This document shows, one piece after another, positions 18,214-25,691 of a stretch of 64,000 bases of DNA. Source of the DNA: Vicinamibacterales bacterium. Lineage in GTDB: Bacteria > Acidobacteriota > Vicinamibacteria > Vicinamibacterales > CAVVIG01. Within the stretch, counting starts at the first letter, position 1. Every line of letters begins with the position of its first letter. The notes under the pieces were generated by a model that saw only the letters and a list, made by a program, of their open reading frames with translations, was not told the origin of the DNA and made no database searches. The position numbers were made by a program, and so were the translations under genes. The stretch spans positions 209-64,208 of the forward strand of contig DASXIR010000153.1 of the NCBI GenBank assembly GCA_036497895.1, read 5' to 3'.

Positions 18214-18617
18214 GCGCCGAGGTCACGACCACCGACCTCAGTAGTCGGATCAATACCATCGAAGAGGCGTACGAGTTCATGCTCGCCTACGCCGCCCAGG
18301 GGCTTTCCACCGATCAGGGGAGCGACGTCGGCAGTCAGGCGCGGCAATTCCTGCAGCGCTGCGACGCCGCGCTCGCTGGTCTCGGCTCGTTCCTCACCGG
18401 GTTCGTCGTCGAAAGCGCGCTCGAGCCGGCGGCGGCCTATCAGGCGTTCATCGCCGTCATCGATCGAGATGCCCGCGATGCGCAGGCGGCGGTGCAGCTG
18501 GTGCTGGCACAGCGGGCAATCAGCTCGGCGCTGGTCGACAACCTCAACGCGTCAATCCACCTGCGCGCGCTGCTCACCGACCTCTTCCTCATCGACGAAG
18601 TCCTCAAACATCGGTAA
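18210..18617 (+). CDS. Hypothetical helical protein, last gene of the Mo-oxidoreductase operon
   Basis: 135 aa. The GTG start overlaps the cytochrome b stop (GTGTGA). Alpha-helical composition and codon usage like its neighbours. No family recognised. Confidence 0.55.
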   Translation: MSAEVTTTDLSSRINTIEEAYEFMLAYAAQGLSTDQGSDVGSQARQFLQRCDAALAGLGSFLTGFVVESALEPAAAYQAFIAVIDRDARDAQAAVQLVLAQRAISSALVDNLNASIHLRALLTDLFLIDEVLKHR

Positions 18618-18628
18618 GTACCCCGTGG

Positions 18629-18648
18629 CGCAGGGCTTCACCCCTGCG
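18629..18648 (+). terminator. Stem-loop after the operon (no U-tract)
   Basis: CGCAGGG-cttcac-CCCTGCG, a 7-bp stem, 12 nt after the 18617 stop. No T-run follows, so the call is weak. Confidence 0.3.
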
Positions 18649-19612
18649 TCCGCGAGCATGAGTTCTCACTTGCGGCGCGTGCGCTGGTCAGCTCCCGCGA
18701 GCGTGATGCTGCGTCTGCGTCGCGACGATGGTGTCGCCGCCGGCCTCCACTTCGCGTGCCGGGAAGTTGGCCTCAGCTCGTACCCTTCGGCGGCGCGGCG
18801 ACTATCGGGTTATTCCCTCAACGGCCACTCACGCAAACATCGCTATAGCTTGCTTCAAAACCACGGATCGCGGAGGACGAAGTCGCCGCGATGAATCGCT
18901 GCGCCCAACTTCCTGCTTCGCACTGCCATCGGCACGCTCAGAGTCGGTCCGGCGACGACACCACGTCACGCCGCTGACAACGTCAATATCGACGCGAAAC
19001 TCGCGGATGTGCAGCGAAGTCGATTCGCTCAAACTTCGACGCGCGATCGACTTCCAGAACCACCTGAGACGAGCGCCGAATACATCGAAGGCAATCGAGT
19101 CTCTGCTGCAAACCGGAAGCGCGTCCGACCGGCCAGAACCGTCGTAAACTCCTCAGACCCAAACGGAGCCGCGGTCTGGGTTGAGGGATTCTGAAACGAT
19201 GCAGCGGGTCGACCATAACGTGAACACGTTGTTCCTACGACGATGAGCGATTCCTCTGACGGATCATTTGGACAACAGCTCGTGTCACTCAAAACGTCCT
19301 TCACAGACTCGAACGGGAATTCGCGAACTCTCACCTGCCAGCGACGATGGCTCGTGGGCGGCGCCACCGCCTCGACATCTTGAAGCGGCTCGGAAGCCGA
19401 CATCTTCGCTGGCCCTTCGAAGATCGAGTTCTTGTTTGGCTCCTTCCGAACATGGAGCGGAAATCACGAGAGTTTCACTCCTCCACAGGTGGCGACCTCT
19501 CCAGCGTTTTCGCAGAACATCAACTCGCTCATATAGACGAGGCTCTGACTGAAGAACTGTTGGCGCGCTTGGATTCATAGTTCTGGCATTCGCGCGACAC
19601 ACCGCCGCGCCG

Positions 19613-19771
19613 GGTGTCACGGGTCGTGACCGCAGCGACCCTCGGGCCTCGCGTATCGACGGACGAACCGTCATGGCTGATGGCTAACGGCTGATGGCTA
19701 TGGTCGAGCGCTGGCGAACGCACGCGGTGGGTGTCACGGGTCGTGACCGCAGCGACCTCGGGCTTCGCGTG
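19613..19771. repeat. 42/43-nt direct repeat pair flanking a heptamer array
   Basis: DR1 19613-19655 is gggtgtcacgggtcgtgaccgcagcgaccctcgggcctcgcgt. DR2 19730-19771 is identical except for a 1-nt deletion and one C>T. Each contains the palindrome GTCACG-ggt-CGTGAC. Between them, ATGGCTG ATGGCTA ACGGCTG ATGGCTA (19674-19701). Confidence 0.85.
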
Positions 19772-20033
19772 CGCGAGCGTCAGACGGCAAACGCATCCGC
19801 AAGCGTCACCTGGCGCGGCGCCGTTGATTCGCCACTGACGATCGGATCACCTGGTGGCCCAACTGATTGTCAGATGTCGTGCGGATCACGTCAGGCGACG
19901 CGTGGACCGTCAGGTCAGCGCTGGAGGATGCGTTTGCCACGCGAGCCGTCCGCGGGAGCAAGGGCACTCGCGACAGTCGGCGCGTGCAGGCGTGCGGTGA
20001 ACGTCGCTCGGCTGAAGCCTCGGCGCGTCGCAG

Positions 20034-21023
20034 CTAGTAGTTCTTCTCCCACGCCGCGAAGATCTTCGAACTGCCTTCCATCAGTGCCTGATGGACATGG
20101 GCGTGCTCGGTGGCCATCTGGCCATCGACGTAGTCGCGGAACAGTTTCGACTTGTAGATCCCGAGCGTCAGCGTTTCCATCATGTCCGACGTGCCGTAGA
20201 GCGGGTCGGGGACATTCGTTCCGAAGTCGAACACCTTCTTCGCTCGCGCGCCGGCCACGAACTCCATGTCGCAGCGAACCTCGTTGTTGTCGCGCAGCAG
20301 GAACGAGAACGTCTTGATCGCCCAGTCGAACTTGCCGGGACCGAATCCGAAGAAATTCGGGATCGGCGCGAAGTCGATGAACGGGTAGCCGATCGCGACC
20401 TCGAGCTTGTAACCCGGCTTCGGATTCGAGATGACGTGGACGAAGTCCGGATGCTGAACGACGGCGACCGCCTCCTTCAGCACCTTCTTCATCGGCCCGA
20501 GATAGATGACGAAGTCGTGGAGAAAGATCGTCAGCAGCGACCAGCGGTACTTGCTGCCGATCTCGCGCCAGTCGCGCGCGACCGCGACCTGATCGGCGGA
20601 GTACTTGCCGCAGGTGCCGTCCGCCTCGCAGTAGATCATCTGCTGCATGGTGAAGCCGCCCGGATCGCCATCCGGATAGACCCACGACGAGGTATTCAGA
20701 AAGTGCTTGAAGACATATTCCTTCAGGCGTTCCTCGGGATTCGAGCCTGAGATCTTGCCGAACTCCACCTCTTGAATGCAGCCCAGCGCAGACAACTTCT
20801 GGTCGCTGATCGTCACGTCGGCGAAGTAGCCCCAGGCCTTGTTCGCGAGTGCGTACGGCCGGTTCAACTCCAACGCGAATTTCTGGATGGTCCGCGATCG
20901 ATCGCGCGACCAGCGTTCGAGCTGGAGCCCCTTGACGATCGCGAGTTCTGATTTCTCGACCAGAAACCGGTCGTGCGCCGAAAAGCCGGCCGGAACGATG
21001 GGAGTTGAACGCGTGGCAGTCAT
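20034..21023 (-). CDS. Hypothetical protein, 'REIGSKY' domain (paralogous to the C-terminal half of 43467..45776)
   Basis: 329 aa with balanced composition. The alternative frame 19915..21066 is Arg-rich junk. It shares the blocks DWREIGSKYRW / DLREIGSKYDW, IGYPFIDFAP / YGYGFAFVP, TFSFLLRDNNEVRCDMEFV / TITFRLTADGEIRARTLFV and a C-terminal HxxxH..W with the 769-aa protein. It overlaps the upstream gene by 4 nt. Confidence 0.7.
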   Translation of the reverse strand: MTATRSTPIVPAGFSAHDRFLVEKSELAIVKGLQLERWSRDRSRTIQKFALELNRPYALANKAWGYFADVTISDQKLSALGCIQEVEFGKISGSNPEERLKEYVFKHFLNTSSWVYPDGDPGGFTMQQMIYCEADGTCGKYSADQVAVARDWREIGSKYRWSLLTIFLHDFVIYLGPMKKVLKEAVAVVQHPDFVHVISNPKPGYKLEVAIGYPFIDFAPIPNFFGFGPGKFDWAIKTFSFLLRDNNEVRCDMEFVAGARAKKVFDFGTNVPDPLYGTSDMMETLTLGIYKSKLFRDYVDGQMATEHAHVHQALMEGSSKIFAAWEKNY

Positions 21024-23374
21024 AGCGGGTTGGGGCCTCGTTTGAGGATAGTGTAACCCCCGTCACCCTCGGTGATGGTCACCGTTGCGTTGACCGGCAG
21101 GTGCTCGAAGGTTTGTCGCGCGCCGCCAGGCCACCAGACCTCGAGGCGTTCAGCTTTGCGCCCGAGGCCGAGGCCAAAATGCTGCTCGAACGGCAGGCAT
21201 CCGAACTGACTGCCGCCGTTGTTGACGAGATGTTGATCGCGGCCGCCCGCGGTCAGTTTGAGCCGGGCGCCGACGGCGTCGCGGTTACAGCTGACGCCTT
21301 TGAGCCGCACGTTGAGATAGTTTCCCGTCAGCGATTCGGGCCGGAAGACTGACGTCGTCAGGAGCTCGCCCGGATACATGCCGCCGGACGCCGCGATCAG
21401 GCTGATGCGGCCGTCGCCGTGCAGGTCGGCGGCATTGGCGCCGTGGGCCTTGCCAGCCGCCGGCAGGCCGGCCGCAAACGTGACGTTGCTGAACCGGTGG
21501 CCATCGTTGGCCAGAACCACCAGCGGATCGCTGCGGTCCATCTGGGGACCGCCGTTTCCGAGCAGCAGATCGATCCGGCCGTCGTTGTCGAGATCCGCGC
21601 CGTTGCCGCTCATCGAGCCCCAGCATTCGGTGATGCCGAGCTCGTCGTTCGCCAGCGTGAAGGTGCCGTCGCGGTTGTTGCGGTAGATGCGCAGCGGCTG
21701 ACCGTCCTCAGTGGCGCGCCCGTGGCGAAGGCTGTGGATCATGTCGTCGTTGCTGCACCACAGGTACTGCACGAGATCGAGCCAGCCGTCATTGTCCACA
21801 TCGCAGAAATACGCGACCATGCCGAAGCAGGGTCGATCGATGCCGGCAGCGACGCTGACGTCGGTGAAGGTGCCGTTGCCATTGTTGTGAAACAGCTGCG
21901 AGCGGCCGAAGGCGCTGCTGAGAAACAGATCCGGGTAACCGTCGTTGTCGTAGTCGCCCCAGGTCGCGCCGACCGCAGGCCCCCACGTGGTCAGACCGGC
22001 GTCGAGCGTGACGTCGGTGAAGGTGCCGTTGCCGTTGTTGTGAAACAGACGGTGACGCTTGCTGCGGTGAAAGACGCCGCCGAGGTTGCTCGGCACGAAG
22101 AGATCGAGTCGGCCGTCGAGATCGAAATCGACCCAGCCCGCAGTGAACCCCGGAGCCCAACTCTGCACGCCGGCGTCGCGGGTGACGTCGGTAAACGTGC
22201 CGTCGCCGTTGTTGTGAAACAGCGCCGCCTGGCCGTCGAAGAACCCGAGGCGTGTGACGACGAGATCCGAACGTCCGTCGTTGTCGTAGTCGCCGGCGCT
22301 GATGCCCCACGAGTTGACGCAGGCATCGAGCCCCGAGCCGACCGACGCATCGCGGAATGTCCCATCGCCGTTGTTGCGGTAGACGCTGATGCCGCCGCTG
22401 ACCGCCGAGATGATCACGTCCATCTCGCCGGTGCCGGTGATGTCGAAGATCGCAGTGCCGCGGCCGCCCGAGGTCTTGTCGAGCCCGATTTCCTGCGCGA
22501 CGTCGCGATAGCGCAGCCGCGTCGGCGCGTAGCCGGTCGCCATCTCGATTCGGCGTTCGACCGGCGTTTCCGGCGGATAGCCGCCGAGTTTCTGCGACGA
22601 CAGCCACATCCAGTGCTGACAACGCGCCTTGGAAGCGCCGGCGTCGATCGCCAGCGAGCCGTCGATGATCGCCTGGCGATACAACCCCGCGCGCGTACCC
22701 GCCACCGCGCGTTCATACAGCGCCTGGGCGCGGGTCGTCGGATGCCCGGCCGCCAGCGCCAGATGGTCGAGCGCCTGGAGATACAAGCCGCATTTGGTGT
22801 ACGACCGCCCGAGGTGCAGCCGCGCGGTGGCGTCATCGGGCGCATGGCGCAGCCGCTCGCGGTAACGATCGATCTCGTCCTTATATTGCAGCGCCTGGAA
22901 CACCGGATAGTCGAGGAAGGCCTCGACCAGCTCGATGAGGAAGGCCGGCGCCCTGGTCGTGCCGACAATTTCGAGCGCGTGCAATCCCCTGACGAGCTCC
23001 TGCGTCAGCAGCGAGCCGAACGACAACGGCAGCCGCATCGGAAACGTCAGCAGGCTGAGCGGATCCCGCGGCACCACGCCCGCAAAGCTGGCGCGAGCGG
23101 CATCGCCCAGTTCTTCGACCACGCCGCGGCCTTCAGCACTCTGAAGTGCGGCGTAGCGCAGGATCCGTGCGGCCCGGTTCGCGAAATCTGAGGTGGCGCG
23201 ATCGAGATCGTTCGGTCCCTCGAGGCCCGGCTCGACGGTGTCGTGGCTGATCGGGTGGCCGTCGATCGCGCCGAGCAGTGACTGCGCTGCCTGGCAGACC
23301 GCGCCGATGGACTGCAGGCTTTTTTCGAGGACGAACGGCGGCAGATTCCGCAGGTCGCTCAGAGAATCGGCCAT
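21020..23374 (-). CDS. CRTAC1-family protein: N-terminal helical/TPR-like domain, FG-GAP/VCBS repeats and an ASPIC/UnbV domain
   Basis: 784 aa. Repeated LFHNNG(D/N)GTFTDVT..GDYDNDG units (VCBS/FG-GAP). C-terminal NRDAVGARLKL..GGSQFGCLPFEQHFGLG (ASPIC/UnbV). No signal peptide seen. Confidence 0.85.
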   Translation of the reverse strand: MADSLSDLRNLPPFVLEKSLQSIGAVCQAAQSLLGAIDGHPISHDTVEPGLEGPNDLDRATSDFANRAARILRYAALQSAEGRGVVEELGDAARASFAGVVPRDPLSLLTFPMRLPLSFGSLLTQELVRGLHALEIVGTTRAPAFLIELVEAFLDYPVFQALQYKDEIDRYRERLRHAPDDATARLHLGRSYTKCGLYLQALDHLALAAGHPTTRAQALYERAVAGTRAGLYRQAIIDGSLAIDAGASKARCQHWMWLSSQKLGGYPPETPVERRIEMATGYAPTRLRYRDVAQEIGLDKTSGGRGTAIFDITGTGEMDVIISAVSGGISVYRNNGDGTFRDASVGSGLDACVNSWGISAGDYDNDGRSDLVVTRLGFFDGQAALFHNNGDGTFTDVTRDAGVQSWAPGFTAGWVDFDLDGRLDLFVPSNLGGVFHRSKRHRLFHNNGNGTFTDVTLDAGLTTWGPAVGATWGDYDNDGYPDLFLSSAFGRSQLFHNNGNGTFTDVSVAAGIDRPCFGMVAYFCDVDNDGWLDLVQYLWCSNDDMIHSLRHGRATEDGQPLRIYRNNRDGTFTLANDELGITECWGSMSGNGADLDNDGRIDLLLGNGGPQMDRSDPLVVLANDGHRFSNVTFAAGLPAAGKAHGANAADLHGDGRISLIAASGGMYPGELLTTSVFRPESLTGNYLNVRLKGVSCNRDAVGARLKLTAGGRDQHLVNNGGSQFGCLPFEQHFGLGLGRKAERLEVWWPGGARQTFEHLPVNATVTITEGDGGYTILKRGPNPL

Positions 23375-23931
23375 CAGTGCTGTCGTTCGATCATCAGAGG
23401 CAGCGAGTAATAAACCGACCGCACGGCGCAGCCGAAGCTGCCGGTCTCCTGTCGTTCGACCGGCTCACCGCGGAGGAAGCTGGCAATCGCCCGCTCCAGA
23501 TACGGCTGATACTCGGGATCCTCGGGATATTTGAAGTTGTCCAGCGCGCCTCGGTACACGAGCACGCGCTTCGCATCGAGGAGGTAAACACGCGGCGTCT
23601 GCTGCGCGAGATAGGTGGCGGCAGCCGCACCGTCGGGGCTGTGATACAGCGGGAAGCGCAAACCGCGATCGGCGGCCGCCTTTCGTACGTCATCGAGCGT
23701 TTCGCTGAAGCGTGTGGCGACTCCGTAAAACGCCAGCTCCGGGTGCGCCGCTTCGAACTGGTTGAAGTAGCCGTCGTAGCGGACGCAATGCGTGCACGCG
23801 CTCGACCAGAACACGACAATCGCGCCACGGCGACCAGCGAGCGCGGCTTCGAGCGAAGACGCGCAATTCCCCTTCGCCGGATCGACGGCCGGCAGCATCA
23901 GATTCTCGAGGATGTCGCCGATCGCCTGCAT
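23374..23931 (-). CDS. Thioredoxin-like (TlpA/redoxin-type) CxxC protein
   Basis: 185 aa. VVFWSSACTHCVRYD (CxxC), QQTPRVYLLD..LVYRGALDN, and a C-terminal SFGCAV. The stop overlaps the CRTAC1 start by 1 nt. Confidence 0.8.
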   Translation of the reverse strand: MQAIGDILENLMLPAVDPAKGNCASSLEAALAGRRGAIVVFWSSACTHCVRYDGYFNQFEAAHPELAFYGVATRFSETLDDVRKAAADRGLRFPLYHSPDGAAAATYLAQQTPRVYLLDAKRVLVYRGALDNFKYPEDPEYQPYLERAIASFLRGEPVERQETGSFGCAVRSVYYSLPLMIERQH

Positions 23932-24035
23932 CGCGCCGCCAGTCTAGCAGAGCGGAACGCCGCGTCCGACTAGTATGAAAATGTTAGCGTTCTTCGCGTG
24001 GCTGGGCCGATGAGGGTCTATGATAACGTTGCCGT

Positions 24036-25691
24036 TTGACCTCCATCGGCGCTCCTGTTTCAGCGGCTTCAGAAACATACAAACAGCCGGGTAAGGCGGC
24101 CTGGCTCGGGCGTCTGCGTCACGTGACGTCGGTGGTAACCCGTCACATCATTTCAGCGGGCGCCGACCGCATCGGATGGCGGTCGCTCTCCACCCGCTTC
24201 ACCACCGCCGGTCTCGCCGGCCCGATGCGATTCCGCGTGCTGCTCGAGGATCTCGGCGGCAGCTTCGTCAAGTTCGGACAGGTGCTTGCGGTCCAGCCCG
24301 ATCTTCTGCCGCCGGGTTACGCGACCGCGTTGCTCGATCTGCTCGACCGCGTCGCGCCGGTGCCGACCGACGTGTTCATGCGATCGCTGGCCGACGAACT
24401 CGGTCCGGCAGTCGGCCGTCTCGAAGGCATCGACCCGCAACCGCTGGCAACGGCGTCGATCGCGCAAGTGCACGTGGCGAATCTCGACGGCCGCAAGGTC
24501 GCGGTCAAAGTGCAGCGGCCGGGAATCGAGCAGGCCTTCCGCGCCGACGTCAGGATGATGATGATCCTGCTGCGGGTGGTGCGCCTGTTCCGGGTGCGCC
24601 CGCTTTACTGGCTCGACGAACCGATCCGCGAATTCGCGGGTTGGACCGACGAAGAGCTGGACTTCCGCCGCGAGGCTCGTCACCTCACGCTCGTTCGCCG
24701 CCAGTCGCTCGGCCGCAAGGGCGTACGGATGCCCGAGGTCATCATCGGGCTGACCACGCGCCGGGTGCTCGTCACCGAATACCTTGACGGCGTGCCGATG
24801 GCGACCTACATGCGCGCGGTCGAATCGGGCGATTTCACCATCGATCAGCGCCTCCGCGCCGAAGGCTTCGACCCGGGCGCGTTCGGCCGGCAGATCATTT
24901 TCAACTTCACCACCGACTCGTTCGGTCACGGCCTGTTTCACGCCGACCTGCATCCCGCCAACCTCCTGATTCTTCCCGGCAACGTGGTTGGCTACGTGGA
25001 CTTCGGGATCACCGGCAGTATTGGCCCGTACGCCCGCACCTGGCTGGCGGCGATGACGCTGGCCCTCGTCCGGCGGGATATCGACGACCTCCACCGCAGC
25101 TTTCTGAAACTGGTGGTTCCGCGGCGTGACGCGGATCCGGTGAAGTTTCGTGTCGGGCTGGAGGCGATGGCAGACAGCTGGTATGGCGGACCCGGCGGCA
25201 CGCGTCTGAAGAAGCCGGCGGCGCTGGTGATGGTGGAAATGCTCGGACTCTCGCGCGAGACGGCGATGCTGCCGGAACGCGAAGTGGTGAAATACATCCG
25301 CTCGGTCATGACACTCGACGGCGTCGTGCATCGTTTTGCGCCCGATCTGAACCTGGGCCACGAGATCGAGCAGGCGTCGATCGCCACGCTCGACGCGCAG
25401 TCGGGACGTCAGCTCGTGTTCGCGGCGTGGGCCGGCGGACTTCGCGCGATTGAGTCGAGCCGCTCCCTCGCCACTCGCGGCATGAGCGTCGTCAACATGC
25501 GCCGCCTCGGACTGGGGATGAGCACCACCGTCCTGCAGCTCGGTGCGGCAGCGCTCGCCTGCGCTATCTGCGTCAGCAGGGCGCCGCTTCCCCTGCGGGC
25601 CGGATTCAACCTCGGAACCGTGGAACTGGCGGTCGGATCCCTCGCTCTGATCGGCCTGGCGATCGAACTGCTGCGGCAAACCAATGAGTGA
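24036..25691 (+). CDS. ABC1/UbiB-family atypical kinase, C-terminal TM hairpin
   Basis: FVKFGQ, ATASIAQVH, VAVKVQRPG, EELDFRREARH, FHADLHPANLL and YVDFGITG. All canonical ABC1 motifs are present. The TTG start at 24036 is uncertain. Confidence 0.85.
   Translation: MTSIGAPVSAASETYKQPGKAAWLGRLRHVTSVVTRHIISAGADRIGWRSLSTRFTTAGLAGPMRFRVLLEDLGGSFVKFGQVLAVQPDLLPPGYATALLDLLDRVAPVPTDVFMRSLADELGPAVGRLEGIDPQPLATASIAQVHVANLDGRKVAVKVQRPGIEQAFRADVRMMMILLRVVRLFRVRPLYWLDEPIREFAGWTDEELDFRREARHLTLVRRQSLGRKGVRMPEVIIGLTTRRVLVTEYLDGVPMATYMRAVESGDFTIDQRLRAEGFDPGAFGRQIIFNFTTDSFGHGLFHADLHPANLLILPGNVVGYVDFGITGSIGPYARTWLAAMTLALVRRDIDDLHRSFLKLVVPRRDADPVKFRVGLEAMADSWYGGPGGTRLKKPAALVMVEMLGLSRETAMLPEREVVKYIRSVMTLDGVVHRFAPDLNLGHEIEQASIATLDAQSGRQLVFAAWAGGLRAIESSRSLATRGMSVVNMRRLGLGMSTTVLQLGAAALACAICVSRAPLPLRAGFNLGTVELAVGSLALIGLAIELLRQTNE

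Noticed and set aside
18618-20033. tmRNA, RNase P RNA, SRP RNA, a group II intron, a retron or an IS element in the ORF-poor island
   Set aside because: I found none of the hallmark strings I can recall: GGTTCGAATCC-type T-arms, GAGGAAAGTCCGGGC, or a domain V-like hairpin. There is no reverse transcriptase or transposase ORF and no terminal inverted repeats. The region is left as unassigned.
19915-21066. 383-aa minus-strand ORF competing with 20034..21023
   Set aside because: It has Arg/Gly-rich junk composition. The 329-aa frame has normal composition and a paralogue in the window.
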